Shown here one piece after another: positions 8,822-19,426 of a stretch of DNA of 39,440 bases. Numbering within the stretch: the first letter of the stretch is position 1; every line of letters starts with the position of its first letter. The translations under genes were made by a program, and so were the position numbers. The DNA is taken from sequence record SRR31156797_11328; one strand, 5' to 3'. Under the pieces are notes generated by a model. It saw only the letters and a program-made list of their open reading frames with translations. It was not told the origin of the DNA and did no database searches.

Positions 8822-8845
8822 AGTTAACAAGAAATAGCATGGAAA

Positions 8846-9757
8846 TTAGTCTAAATTTAATACCATTTTTATATCCTTAATCATATTTTCTGTTGCGCGA
8901 ACCCCACCCATCGAAAGGTACCAAGCGTCGAGGTTAAGGTAGGCGATTTGGTTTTGTTTATAAGCGATAGTCTTCTTCATTAAATCGTTATCGAAGGTTT
9001 TGCTGGTTTTATCGCTCTGTCTATCCCTCAGCTTTTCCCCATCAATAATAAATAGATACTCAGGGTTCACTTTGCTGATGAACTCAAATGAAATGAGGTC
9101 GCCATGATTGGTGTTGTTCAATTTCTGTTGGACGGCATATTGAAATCCAAAATCATGGTAGACCGAAGAAAAACGCGAACTGGTAGAAAATGCGGATATA
9201 TTCCCACCAGAACTTAAAACAGTCAGTGCTTTAGAAGGATTAACTAAATTATACTGTTGTATCTGTTTGAACTCTTTGTCTAGACGAGCAATGGTTGCTT
9301 CGACTTTTTCAGATACATTAAAGATCTGACCGATATAGCGCCATTGTTGCTGCGTGCTTAACCAGTATCCATCGGTAGCATGGGGGCTAAGTACGATGGT
9401 TGGTGCAATTTCAGAAAGCTGCGCATGCTTTGACGCCGAGCGAGGGCCTGTGATGATTAAGTCAGGTTTCTGGGTGTAAATTTGTTCATAGTCCGGTTCA
9501 AACAGTGTGCCTGCTGATGGGTAGGTTCCGTCAGTATATTTTTTTAAAAAGTCAGGTTGAAAATCATGGTTAACCGCAACCAGTTCAATTCCAAAATAGT
9601 CCAACATATCCAAAACTCCCGCACCGATGACCGCCACTCTTTGTGGTGTTTGCTCGATGACGGTGGTACCTGCTGGATGCTCGATGGTTATGGGTTTTGC
9701 GTAGACAGACCATGAGAATGTCAATAAAGAAAAAAGTGATATCGTTAATGCTCGCAT
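8846..9757 (-). CDS. Periplasmic catecholate-siderophore binding protein (FatB/VctP/CeuE-like)
   Basis: Signal peptide, TPQRVAV, GTLFEPDYEQI..KPDLII, LSEIAPT, HGDLISFEFI and WYL motifs. Confidence 0.88.
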   Translation of the reverse strand: MRALTISLFSLLTFSWSVYAKPITIEHPAGTTVIEQTPQRVAVIGAGVLDMLDYFGIELVAVNHDFQPDFLKKYTDGTYPSAGTLFEPDYEQIYTQKPDLIITGPRSASKHAQLSEIAPTIVLSPHATDGYWLSTQQQWRYIGQIFNVSEKVEATIARLDKEFKQIQQYNLVNPSKALTVLSSGGNISAFSTSSRFSSVYHDFGFQYAVQQKLNNTNHGDLISFEFISKVNPEYLFIIDGEKLRDRQSDKTSKTFDNDLMKKTIAYKQNQIAYLNLDAWYLSMGGVRATENMIKDIKMVLNLD

Positions 9758-9774
9758 GCATTACCTCTGTATTG

Positions 9775-9800
9775 TATGGGGGTAAAGCTCTACCCCCATA
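9775..9800 (-). other. Intercistronic hairpin between the receptor and binding-protein genes
   Basis: TATGGGGGTA-AAGCTC-TACCCCCATA, a perfect 10-bp stem with no U-tract. Confidence 0.6.
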
Positions 9801-9809
9801 AGTGATTAA

Positions 9810-11879
9810 TTAAAAGTAAAGTTCTAAAGAAGCACCAATAGCTCTTGGTGTTTGGCGCAATGGTTGGTCTGTTGAATGAATGTCCTGAATGTTGGTCACA
9901 CTATCGTCATCAAACAGATTGTTGGCGAATAGGTTGGCTCGTCCGTTAGTGAACACATAAGAAAGCTGAGCGTTGACTAACCATCTAGCATCAATTTCGA
10001 GGCTTTCTGTGTTAGAGAGATTGGCATAATACGAACTGATGTAATTGGCATTCGCGCTGGCTTCAAAGCCTTCAGCAATGGTGTACAGGGCTGCTAGACT
10101 GGCTGAAACAGCAGGTGCGCCAGGCAGTTCTTTACTCGCTCCACCTGCATCGGCTGACTGGGTGTAGTCGGTCTTAAGTAATCCGATGGCTGCGGTTAAT
10201 TCTAGATCATAGCTAGCCATCCAATCGACACCGACTTCAGCACCATAGGTTTGAGCATTGTCGAGGTTTTGAACCAAAACATAACCATCCGCGAGACTTT
10301 GTTGTACTTGCATCCCATCGTAGTCGTTGTAGAACCAGTTTGACGTGAGTGCTACTGTGCCATCTGCTAGGCTATGACGCGTGTATAGTTCATAGTTCCA
10401 AACATATTCTTTGTCGAACGAGTAAGGTTTCATCGGAGCACGCGCAAGCGTGTTGAAACTCATACCTGCGCCACCATTGTTGTATCCTTTACCGACTTTA
10501 AAACCGATAGTTTGGTCGCTTTGCGGTCGGTAGGCTACATCTAGCTTTGGTAAGAAAACAGAAATATCTTGGTCATAATCAATGGTGAAGAGGGGCTGGA
10601 CATCGGCGTTACGCGTTTTAGTCTCTTTTTCAAAACGACCCGCTAAGGTGATATCAAACTGAGGGGTTAAATGATAAGTTGCCTCTGCGAATGCAGATGC
10701 AGTTTGAGTTTCACCACTCATTGGGTATTCACCGTCCAATGTCAGATACTCATCGTCTTGCTTTGAGCTGAAATATCGAGCACCGAATAAAGCCGTTAAG
10801 TTGCTGTCATTGGAGTGGTAGCGCAATAGTGGCTCAATAGATAACTCGTCACCTTTGGTGGTGAAATCATCTCGTCTTACAGAGGCATAAGTGATTCGTT
10901 CGTACTCGAACTCAGTAACAATGACGCTGTTTTCAAAGGTTAACGTATCATTAAGCTGCCAATCCACCGTCCAAATACCATTGGTTGATTGGGTTTCATA
11001 CACAGGGCGCTCTTTGGGGTAGTAGGGACCGATTTCGTTTTCTGATTGCGGTGAGCGAGTATCGCTGAAATCAACGGCTATCACCGACGAGAATCCAGGG
11101 AGTTTCTCTGGTTCAATTAGCACTTTGGCTCGGGCAGTCGTATTTTCAATTTCTCCGCTATCACCGGCAGGTTCGTATGAGACAACAGGAACTTCTGATT
11201 GGCGTTTTTGTTGATCAAGACTCAATCTAAATGCAATTTGATCTTGGACGATAGGCGCATTCACCATCAAAGCATTCTGTAAGTAATCTTGATTGCCAAA
11301 GCCACTCTTTACTCGGGTTTCAAATGTGTGTACTGGGTCATTGGACTTAATTACAATCGCGCCGGCGGAGGCGTTTCTACCTTGAACATAGCTTTGAGGC
11401 CCTAGGTGTACTTCGACTTGCTCAATGTCCCAGAGAGAACGAGGACCAAACGCAATTTCAGAATAAGTTAATGAACGTCCATCAATCGATAGGTTTAAGC
11501 GCGGTGCAGTACCCGCAAAGCTTGCTAATCCACCCACTGAAGGGCCAGAACCGTCAATGCCTCGAATTGAGGGTAAGCTGTTTCCTTGGCCAACATCGAC
11601 TAAATTCGGTGTAAGTTGTAATAAATCATCAAGTTCGGTTGCACCAGGGGTGGAATCAATTTTGTCCTCGTCGTAGACACTGACACTTGAACTCGTTTGG
11701 TAAATTGTGCGTTCGACTTTCTCGCCAATAACGGTAATAACTTCAGTTTGCCTTGTAGGCTTTTCTGTTGCGATAGCACTTGCCCCGAATAAAATATTAG
11801 TAATCACTGCCGCCAGTAGTGTTTTTCTGGTTAAGTGATTAGTTATGGATATACCACTGTTTTGGCGTTGAGCTGCCAT
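9810..11879 (-). CDS. viuA: TonB-dependent catecholate siderophore receptor, ViuA/VuuA family
   Basis: TonB-box-like EVITVIGEK; plug segment TPGATELDDLLQL.PNLVD.GQ...IRGIDGSGPSVGGLASFAGT.PRLN.SIDGRSLTYSEIAFGPRSLWD characteristic of ViuA/VuuA; C-terminal LELYF; ATG 11879 with GGAG RBS. Confidence 0.85.
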   Translation of the reverse strand: MAAQRQNSGISITNHLTRKTLLAAVITNILFGASAIATEKPTRQTEVITVIGEKVERTIYQTSSSVSVYDEDKIDSTPGATELDDLLQLTPNLVDVGQGNSLPSIRGIDGSGPSVGGLASFAGTAPRLNLSIDGRSLTYSEIAFGPRSLWDIEQVEVHLGPQSYVQGRNASAGAIVIKSNDPVHTFETRVKSGFGNQDYLQNALMVNAPIVQDQIAFRLSLDQQKRQSEVPVVSYEPAGDSGEIENTTARAKVLIEPEKLPGFSSVIAVDFSDTRSPQSENEIGPYYPKERPVYETQSTNGIWTVDWQLNDTLTFENSVIVTEFEYERITYASVRRDDFTTKGDELSIEPLLRYHSNDSNLTALFGARYFSSKQDDEYLTLDGEYPMSGETQTASAFAEATYHLTPQFDITLAGRFEKETKTRNADVQPLFTIDYDQDISVFLPKLDVAYRPQSDQTIGFKVGKGYNNGGAGMSFNTLARAPMKPYSFDKEYVWNYELYTRHSLADGTVALTSNWFYNDYDGMQVQQSLADGYVLVQNLDNAQTYGAEVGVDWMASYDLELTAAIGLLKTDYTQSADAGGASKELPGAPAVSASLAALYTIAEGFEASANANYISSYYANLSNTESLEIDARWLVNAQLSYVFTNGRANLFANNLFDDDSVTNIQDIHSTDQPLRQTPRAIGASLELYF

Positions 11880-11895
11880 ATTCAATCTCCGTACT

Positions 11896-11974
11896 TGATA
11901 ATGATTCGTTTTTGTATTTCAGAAGGCGAAGATAATGTGAATTGAGTTTTGTTATCAAATGATACTTATTATCA
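11896..11974. promoter_or_regulatory. Fur boxes upstream of the ViuA-like receptor
   Basis: TGATACTTATTATCA (11960-11974) has one mismatch to the 7-1-7 Fur consensus TGATAATNATTATCA; a second partial box TGATAATGATTCG starts at 11896. Confidence 0.75.
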
Positions 11975-12145
11975 TCTAGGTGTGGCTCGTAATATTGAGT
12001 TATAGCAGTTGCGTAGTGAGTGGTTTTATGCAGTTAGTTGCATTGTAAGCTTTGATAGAAGTCTTTGTCCTTAAAGATAAAATTGTCGATTTGTCGTTTA
12101 CCACTAAGCTCGATATAAAGCCGTTTTGTTTTATTGTTGGAAACT

Positions 12146-12754
12146 ATGGCTTTAGATAAACTGATCGATTCGATCGCCTCTCAGGGGTGGTACGTATGGG
12201 ATGACTTTCTATCTTCACAACAAGTTCAACAGTTGAAAAGCTGCACATCTGATCACTGGCAACGAGCTCGTATTGGTCGTAACGAAGAAACTCAACGTGC
12301 GAGCGATATTCGTCGCGATAAGATTCAATGGTTGGATCTGAGTATGGGGCAGCCAATTCAAGATTACCTTGAACGTATGGAAGCCATCCGTCGAGAAGTA
12401 AACCGTCATTTGTATCTTGGGCTGTTTGAGTATGAAGCGCATTTTGCTCAATACGAAGCGGGTGATTTCTATAAAAAGCACTTAGATGCGTTTAAAGGCA
12501 ATGAGAGCCGTAAGCTAACGACCGTGTTTTATATGAATGAAGGTTGGTGCGATGAACAGGGCGGACAACTTCAGCTTTATGATATGCAAGGTAAGTTAAT
12601 TGATACCATTGCGCCTGAGGCTGGGCGGCTTTTAGTCTTTCTGTCTGAACAGTTTCCTCACGAAGTTCTTCCTGCTAAAGCTCAGCGTTCGAGTATCGCA
12701 GGATGGTTTCGTATCAATGGAGTTAGCGAGCAACGTATCGACATCTCATCTTAG
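12146..12754 (+). CDS. 2OG-Fe(II) oxygenase (SM-20/prolyl-hydroxylase-like)
   Basis: IRRDKIQW, facial triad H-x-D (YKKHLD) and FPHEV, and the 2OG-binding Arg (RSSIAGW). Confidence 0.88.
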   Translation: MALDKLIDSIASQGWYVWDDFLSSQQVQQLKSCTSDHWQRARIGRNEETQRASDIRRDKIQWLDLSMGQPIQDYLERMEAIRREVNRHLYLGLFEYEAHFAQYEAGDFYKKHLDAFKGNESRKLTTVFYMNEGWCDEQGGQLQLYDMQGKLIDTIAPEAGRLLVFLSEQFPHEVLPAKAQRSSIAGWFRINGVSEQRIDISS

Positions 12755-12787
12755 CAGACAGCAGATCAGGTTGAACTGTTGTCTGCT
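12753..12787. terminator. Hairpin between the convergent oxygenase and speG genes
   Basis: AGCAGACAGCAG-N11-CTGTTGTCTGCT. Confidence 0.5.
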
Positions 12788-12802
12788 GCTAGAGCAAAAC
12801 TA

Positions 12803-13336
12803 TTAAGGGGTCACTCTACCGGTAGATTTCAAATACTGGTTCTGCAAAACATACATTCTTTTGACATCACGATACTGGCCGTTAATGAAATACTCTTCAA
12901 CTAAATGGCCTTCTTCGATGAATCCACATTGCTCATACAGATACACCGCTTTTTCGTTGTCAATCGCGACATGCAGATAAATTTTATGTAGGTTTAGAAT
13001 CGTAAACGAGTAGTCTAGAGCCTTATTAATCAGAGTCTTAGCGTAACCTTTACCCTGGTGTTCAGGTGTAATGATAATTTGAAACTCGGCACTGCGGTGG
13101 ATGTAGTTGATTTCAATGAGTTCAACCAAACCAATCAATGCTTGGTTTGCGCCTTCGACCACAAAGCGTCTTTCGGCATTATCATGAATGTGTTTGTTGT
13201 ATAGCTCTTCCAATTCATCGAATGATTCGTAGGGCTCTTCGAACCAATATGACATGATATTGCGGTTATTGTTTAAATTGTGGATAAAGCGTAAGTCGCC
13301 TCGCTCCAGTGCTCTAAGTGAGAGTGTTTGGTCCAT
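12803..13336 (-). CDS. speG: Spermidine N1-acetyltransferase
   Basis: [51 protein letters not shown] and [18 protein letters not shown]. Confidence 0.95.
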   Translation of the reverse strand: MDQTLSLRALERGDLRFIHNLNNNRNIMSYWFEEPYESFDELEELYNKHIHDNAERRFVVEGANQALIGLVELIEINYIHRSAEFQIIITPEHQGKGYAKTLINKALDYSFTILNLHKIYLHVAIDNEKAVYLYEQCGFIEEGHLVEEYFINGQYRDVKRMYVLQNQYLKSTGRVTP

Positions 13337-13366
13337 AGGGGATTGATCTCGTCAACATGATTAGGT

Positions 13367-13762
13367 TTATTCTTTATCGAAACTATCAACCACAATAGCA
13401 CCCATAGATGCTGGCATTGTGATCACTATAATTCTTTTGATAGATAAAGCCGGTTCGGTTAACAGGGGGAGTTTATCTAACGCCAGTAATACCATTGCGA
13501 CAACTAAAGCTGCCAAAGAGTAGGCGACTAAAATGCGAAATATAAATACTGGAACTCGTTTTTTAATATTCCTTTGAAATACGCTTTGGTAGGCGTACAC
13601 ACCTAAAAAGCACAAAGATAAGCTCATTAAAAGTAATAAGTTGGTAGTAGGTAGAGTTTTCGCTAAATGCCAAGCTTCTTCTGAAAACGAAATCGGAACG
13701 GCTAATGCGAAAGCACCGACACAGACCTGACTAACATCTTCCATGTTGAAGCTGTATTTCAT
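13367..13762 (-). CDS. DUF2391-family membrane protein
   Basis: EDVSQVCVGAFALAVPISFSEEAW motif, 4 TM helices, C-terminal PASMGAIVVD. Confidence 0.7.
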   Translation of the reverse strand: MKYSFNMEDVSQVCVGAFALAVPISFSEEAWHLAKTLPTTNLLLLMSLSLCFLGVYAYQSVFQRNIKKRVPVFIFRILVAYSLAALVVAMVLLALDKLPLLTEPALSIKRIIVITMPASMGAIVVDSFDKE

Positions 13763-14147
13763 AAAAACTCCTATTTTTTACTTAACTTTACGCGTTGACG
13801 GTGGTTTGTCTATAGCCTTGTGTCGATCTGACAGGATTTTTATACCAAGTTTTTGTGATGCTCGTGGAGTGGACCGTTGTCTTCATTTTTACACAAGCTT
13901 TATGGATTTATATTCAGCGAATAGTAAACCAAAGTATTAGGTAGATATATAGATCTTAAGTCTTTAATTTAAATGCTTACCAATACAAAGCATGAATAAA
14001 AAAAGAAAATATTAATTTAAAGTTGATTGGTTATTATCCTTATTCGATTTAGGGTGTTAATGATAGCTGGATTAGCGATTTCTGGCTGGGGCATGGCTGA
14101 TAAAAACTGTCTATTCATAGTGTCAAAAATATCTAAAAGGAACTGCC

Positions 14148-14525
14148 ATGAAAATAAATTCTCTCTCCTCTTCATTGGTGTTATCGATATTAATTTCATC
14201 CAGTGCATTTTCCGTTATCCCAAGTAACCATTCGGTCGTAGAATTCTTTGAGTCAAATACCAACGAGATGAACTTATATAAACTCGGTGCTTCTGATTCT
14301 AGTGATGTATTAATCGACGTAGTGTTGGCGAAAAGTGACGCATCATCGGTAAAAGCAAGGAAAAGTACCCCTTCGGAAGTCAGGGTGAACGACATTGCCA
14401 AACAGGAAGCGACGCTGTTAGAGCATGAGAGCGATATTAAGCCCGTGTATGTTGATTGGAGTGATAATCTTCATCATAACTCTGGTGAGTACGAGTATTT
14501 AGCATCAGTGGGAGCAAGCTGGTAA
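14148..14525 (+). CDS. Hypothetical secreted protein
   Basis: AAAGGA RBS, Sec signal (MKINSL...SSAFS), 125 aa ending YEYLASVGASW. Confidence 0.55.
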   Translation: MKINSLSSSLVLSILISSSAFSVIPSNHSVVEFFESNTNEMNLYKLGASDSSDVLIDVVLAKSDASSVKARKSTPSEVRVNDIAKQEATLLEHESDIKPVYVDWSDNLHHNSGEYEYLASVGASW

Positions 14526-14644
14526 GCGTTTTAATGCTTACTGGTATTATCTACGCTCGATTTTTTATGAACTCTAAAACTGAAAACGTCCCCTGAATCT
14601 TTGATTAAGAGGACGCTTGTTATGCTTGTGACTTTATTTAGCGC

Positions 14645-15769
14645 TTATTCGGTAGGTAGCTCTACACCTTTCTCTTTAAATAGACGTCGGCAAGCTCGAC
14701 CATCACTGTGGAACAGATGGCAGCGGTGTGCTGGTACACCGATGGTGAATGTGTCATCCACTTCTACGTCTAGCGTATCTGGCTGGCGATAAATAACGTC
14801 TGAGTCAGAGCCTTTTAGGTTCATATAAACTTGAGTTTCGTTACCCAGTTTTTCCACCATCATCACTTTGCCTTCGATCTGAGCATTACCCTCTTCTGCG
14901 GCCAGTAAGTGTTCTGGGCGCACACCCATCGACATACGTTCGCCACGGTTCACGGTTGTGCCGTCAACAGGAATCCAGAAAGAAGTACCGTTAGAAAGCT
15001 GTACTTTTACTCTTTCTTTTTCCACTTCCTCGATGAACACGCTCATGAAGTTCATTTTTGGAGAGCCAATGAATCCAGCGACAAAGCGATTTTGTGGGTA
15101 GTGATAGAGTTCTAGAGGTTTACCAACCTGAGATACAAATCCCGCATCTAATACCACAATTTTATCTGCCATGGTCATAGCTTCGACCTGATCATGCGTA
15201 ACGTAAATCATAGTACAGCCAAGTTTACGTTGCAGTTTGGTGATTTCAGAGCGCATCTGAACACGCAGTGCCGCATCTAGGTTCGATAGTGGTTCATCAA
15301 GCAGGAATACGTTTGGTTGAGAAACCAGAGTTCGACCAATGGCAACACGTTGACGCTGGCCACCTGAAAGTGCCTTAGGTTGGCGATCAAGTAGATGGGT
15401 CAACTGAAGAATGTCCGCCGCGTGATCAACTCGTTCGTGGATTTCGGCTTTATCCGCTTTTGCCAGCTTTAGACCAAATGACATGTTGTCGTAAAGATTG
15501 AGGTGCGGATACAAGGCGTATGATTGGAATACCATACCCACACCACGCTTAGAGGGTTCTACATCGTTCATGCGTTGATCACCGATGTATAGGTCACCCG
15601 ATGTAATATCTTCAAGACCTGCGATACAGCGAAGCAGTGTTGACTTACCACAACCTGATGGACCAACAAATACAACGAACTCACCTTCTTGAATGTCTAA
15701 ATCAACATTTTTAGAAATCAATACATCGCCATAAGCTTTACATACATTTTTTAACGTGACATTCGACAT
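14645..15769 (-). CDS. malK: Maltose/maltodextrin ABC transporter ATPase
   Basis: [46 protein letters not shown]; divergent from malE. Confidence 0.97.
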   Translation of the reverse strand: MSNVTLKNVCKAYGDVLISKNVDLDIQEGEFVVFVGPSGCGKSTLLRCIAGLEDITSGDLYIGDQRMNDVEPSKRGVGMVFQSYALYPHLNLYDNMSFGLKLAKADKAEIHERVDHAADILQLTHLLDRQPKALSGGQRQRVAIGRTLVSQPNVFLLDEPLSNLDAALRVQMRSEITKLQRKLGCTMIYVTHDQVEAMTMADKIVVLDAGFVSQVGKPLELYHYPQNRFVAGFIGSPKMNFMSVFIEEVEKERVKVQLSNGTSFWIPVDGTTVNRGERMSMGVRPEHLLAAEEGNAQIEGKVMMVEKLGNETQVYMNLKGSDSDVIYRQPDTLDVEVDDTFTIGVPAHRCHLFHSDGRACRRLFKEKGVELPTE

Positions 15770-16250
15770 CTAACTCGTCCTCGATCAACTTTTTTAAAAA
15801 TTACTGCTCACTATTATAGTGATGATTCTCTTGTATAAGATTTGAGCAATAATAGTAGGAATACGTTCAGGTTTATGATTTCTCTACTATACACGGGTTA
15901 TTCTTAGCTGCATTACCGTTGACTGGGTTTGGTTAAATTTAGTCTCTGCGTTGCTACTAATGGCTTCGGTGTAGGAGAAATGTCATCCAGCATGGTTAAT
16001 ACTGTTCCTGGTAAAAATGGTAAGAAAAGTATGGGTGATGTCTTCATACAACACTGTTGCTCGCTTCTTGAAGAGGCATCACCCACCAATGCTAATCGTT
16101 TTGTGCCTTATATTATTAACGGTGTGCGTTCCCCCCGGTACGATAAACCCCATCGCATGCACACCCACAAAGTACACAATCATCACATTGAAAATCAGTA
16201 TTAACTACTCGGTACTGAAAAGTTCTTACAATCCACTCTAGGACGGAGTT

Positions 16251-16517
16251 AGTTTCTTAAAAGTGGTGATGGGTTGCATCCTCCTAAACCAGTTTTTTGT
16301 AGGGGGAGTAGAAAAGGAGTAGTGGGAGGAGGGGGTAAAAGGCGTAGGTGGATCAAGCTCAAAAAAATTGCAGCGCTAGAAGTGAACTAACTCGCAAAAA
16401 AGTGGTTTTTTGTGACCACCGTCTATGACTCGAAACGATGGAGATCACGAAAATAGTCCATAATACCTAGGGCGTAGTGCATGGGAGGATGAGCCGATGT
16501 CCATTTTTCATGATGAT
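16251..16517. promoter_or_regulatory. Divergent malK/malE control region with MalT boxes and CRP sites
   Basis: GGAGGA on the minus strand at 16284-16279 (malK-proximal); purine-rich GGAGTA/GGAGGA cluster at about 16300-16335; GGAGGATGA at 16484-16492 (malE-proximal); CRP-like AGTGA-ACTAAC-TCGCA at 16381-16396. Confidence 0.75.
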
Positions 16518-16582
16518 ATATGGCGAAATACGGCGAAACCTCTTGGTTTGCCCTACAACATAAATAATAAAAGGATATGAAC

Positions 16583-17764
16583 ATGAAAAACGCCCTAAGC
16601 ACTGTAGCGCTAAGTACTTTAGTTGCTCTTGGTTCGTTTGGTGCTCACGCTGCAATCGAAGAAGGACAACTAACAATCTGGATCAATGGCGATAAAGGCT
16701 ACAACGGTTTAGCAGAAGTTGGTAAACAGTTCGAAGAAGATACAGGTATTAAAGTGACTGTAGCGCATCCTGACGCACTGCAGGATAAGTTCCCTCAAAC
16801 CGCGTCAACGGGTGATGGTCCTGATATTGTGTTTTGGGCACACGACCGCTTTGGTGGTTACGCTGAATCAGGCTTATTGGCTGAAGTAAATCCGTCAAAA
16901 GAAGTAAAAGACGGCATTATCGATTTCGCATGGGATGCAGTTAGCTACAAAGGTAAGCTAATTGGTTACCCAATCGCTGTTGAATCACTCTCTCTGATTT
17001 ACAACAAAGACCTTGTTCCAAACCCACCTAAAACATGGGAAGAAGTTGCAGAGCTAAACGCCAAGCTTAAGAAAGACGGAAAGTCTGCAATCATGTGGAA
17101 CCTAAAAGAACCATACTTCACGTGGCCTCTAATGGCGGCTGACGGTGGTTACGCGTTTAAGTACACAGCAAGTGGCTACGATGTTAAAGACGCAGGTATC
17201 GCAAACCAGGGTGTTGTCGATGCAATGAACTTTGTTAAAGGTCTGGTTGATAAAGGCGTTATCTCTGCTGACATGGATTACTCTGTATCAGAAGCAGAAT
17301 TCAATAAAGGTAACACTGCAATGACAATCAATGGTCCATGGTCATGGGGTAACATTGAGAAGTCTGGTGTTAACTACGGTGTAACGACACTGCCTAAATT
17401 CAACGGTCACTCTTCAAAACCTTTCGTTGGCGTACTAACAGCAGGTATCAGCACCGCATCTCCAAACAAAGACTTAGCGGTTGAGTTTATCGAGAACTAC
17501 TTACTGACTAATGATGGTCTACGTAAAATTAACGACGACAAACCACTGGGTGCTGTAGCGCTTAACTCTTTCCAAAAAGAGCTGGGCAATGATGCACGTA
17601 TTGCAGCGACAATGGACAATGCGATGAATGGTGAAGTTATGCCAAACATCCCAGAAATGAATGCGTTCTGGAGTTCAGCGAAGAATGCAATTATTAACAT
17701 CGTTGATGGTCGTCAAGGTGTTGACGCTGCTCTTGCTGATGCAGAAAAGCAGATGACTAAGTAA
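16583..17764 (+). CDS. malE: Maltose-binding periplasmic protein
   Basis: [24 protein letters not shown]...[21 protein letters not shown] 16583 is correctly spaced from AAGGA. Confidence 0.97.
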   Translation: MKNALSTVALSTLVALGSFGAHAAIEEGQLTIWINGDKGYNGLAEVGKQFEEDTGIKVTVAHPDALQDKFPQTASTGDGPDIVFWAHDRFGGYAESGLLAEVNPSKEVKDGIIDFAWDAVSYKGKLIGYPIAVESLSLIYNKDLVPNPPKTWEEVAELNAKLKKDGKSAIMWNLKEPYFTWPLMAADGGYAFKYTASGYDVKDAGIANQGVVDAMNFVKGLVDKGVISADMDYSVSEAEFNKGNTAMTINGPWSWGNIEKSGVNYGVTTLPKFNGHSSKPFVGVLTAGISTASPNKDLAVEFIENYLLTNDGLRKINDDKPLGAVALNSFQKELGNDARIAATMDNAMNGEVMPNIPEMNAFWSSAKNAIINIVDGRQGVDAALADAEKQMTK

Positions 17765-17782
17765 GTTTTGTTTCAATCTTTT

Positions 17783-17804
17783 GGGGAGGGGGTAACCCCT
17801 CCTT
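17783..17804 (+). other. malE-malF intercistronic hairpin (probable mRNA stabiliser)
   Basis: GGGGAGGGG-GTAA-CCCCTCCTT stem with a GNRA tetraloop. Confidence 0.6.
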
Positions 17805-17840
17805 AGTTTCTTAAGTTTTATTTCGCTAGCAGGTCGTTCT

Positions 17841-19415
17841 ATGCAGTCAGTCCAAGGTTCAGAAGCGATGTCATCACCAGCAACGTCACTACCAAAGAGT
17901 AAGCGTGCTTTTATTAAGTGGGCCGTTTTAGGTGCGGTAGGTCTAATTAATGGTTACGCATCCATTCTTATGTATTCTCGTGGTGAGTCTGCCTTTGCTC
18001 TACTTACTCTTACTCTTACCGCATTGGCTCTTTATATTTTTGGTAGTAAGAAAACCTACGCTCATCGTTACATTTATCCGGGTATTGCTGGAATGATTTT
18101 ATTCATTCTTTTCCCTTTGGCATACACGGTCAACTTAGCATTCACTAACTACAGTGCTAAAAATCAGCTGTCTTTCGAACGAGCGCAATCTGTGTTGATG
18201 GATAGAACGTATCAGAGTGGTCAAAGCTATCCGTTCACTCTTCATGAAACGGACAACGGCTACCAAATTGCCATTCAAGATGGTGATTCTCAACTCGTTA
18301 CAGAGCAGTTTTCTTTTTCTGCAACGCTACCGAGTGAGATGGATCTTAAACCTGCAGATGAAGTTGCAGGTAAGAAAGCGCCGATTAAAACGATTATTGG
18401 CCATCGTGCTCAACTGAATGACATCGAACTGCATTTTCCTAATGGTAACGATGTTCGAATGAGTGGCTTACGTAAGTTTGCAGCTGTCGCACCTCTATAT
18501 GCTTTAGGGGAAGATGGTGAAACTCTAACTAACAATGAAACCGGTGAAGTTCTGCGCCCAAATATGGACGTGGGTTACTACCAACCTGTTGATGAAGCGG
18601 GTCAGTTTATCGGCTCAACGGTTTCTCCTGGCTTTGTCGTCTCTATCGGTACACATAACTTTGAGCGCGTGTGGAAAGATGAAGGCATCAAAGAACCATT
18701 CATCAGCATCTTCATTTGGACGGTAATCTTCTCAGCGTTGACGGTGGTTTTCACTCTGGTGATTGGCTTGGTTCTCGCGAGTATTGTTCAGTGGGAAGCT
18801 TTGAAAGGACGTGCCGTTTACCGTGTTCTACTGATTTTGCCTTATGCAGTACCAGCGTTTATTTCGATACTGATCTTTAAAGGTCTTTTCAACCAAAGCT
18901 TTGGTGAAATCAATATGGTACTGAACTCTATTTTCGGTATCAGCCCTTCATGGTTCTCTGACCCATTCTTAGCGAAAACCATGGTACTTATCGTGAATAC
19001 CTGGCTAGGTTTCCCTTACATGATGATCTTATGTATGGGGCTGCTAAAAGCGATTCCTGATGACCTCTATGAAGCATCAGCGATCGATGGCTCGAACTTT
19101 ATCAGTAACTTTAACCGTATTACCTTACCGTTGATGATTAAGCCAATGACTCCACTGTTGATTGCTAGCTTTGCATTTAACTTCAACAACTTTGTTATGA
19201 TTCAACTGTTAACTCAAGGTGGCCCGAATATGATAGGTACTTCGGAACCGGCGGGTTATACCGACCTACTTGTAAGCTATACCTACCGTATTGCGTTTGA
19301 GGGTAGTGGTGGTCAAGACTTTGGTCTAGCAAGTGCAATCGCAACCTTGATCTTCCTGTTAGTGGGTGGTCTGGCGTTACTTAACCTTCGTTTCACTAAA
19401 CTTGATCAAGACTAA
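17841..19415 (+). CDS. malF: Maltose ABC transporter permease MalF
   Basis: Large periplasmic P2 loop, EAA motif [17 protein letters not shown]. Confidence 0.96.
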   Translation: MQSVQGSEAMSSPATSLPKSKRAFIKWAVLGAVGLINGYASILMYSRGESAFALLTLTLTALALYIFGSKKTYAHRYIYPGIAGMILFILFPLAYTVNLAFTNYSAKNQLSFERAQSVLMDRTYQSGQSYPFTLHETDNGYQIAIQDGDSQLVTEQFSFSATLPSEMDLKPADEVAGKKAPIKTIIGHRAQLNDIELHFPNGNDVRMSGLRKFAAVAPLYALGEDGETLTNNETGEVLRPNMDVGYYQPVDEAGQFIGSTVSPGFVVSIGTHNFERVWKDEGIKEPFISIFIWTVIFSALTVVFTLVIGLVLASIVQWEALKGRAVYRVLLILPYAVPAFISILIFKGLFNQSFGEINMVLNSIFGISPSWFSDPFLAKTMVLIVNTWLGFPYMMILCMGLLKAIPDDLYEASAIDGSNFISNFNRITLPLMIKPMTPLLIASFAFNFNNFVMIQLLTQGGPNMIGTSEPAGYTDLLVSYTYRIAFEGSGGQDFGLASAIATLIFLLVGGLALLNLRFTKLDQD

Positions 19416-19426
19416 GGAGACTCACA

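Noticed and set aside
15929..16241. Plus-strand ORFs 15929-16204 and 16017-16241 in the malK-malE spacer
   Set aside because: No convincing RBS or domain; they lie upstream of the malE promoter and antisense to the predicted malK leader.
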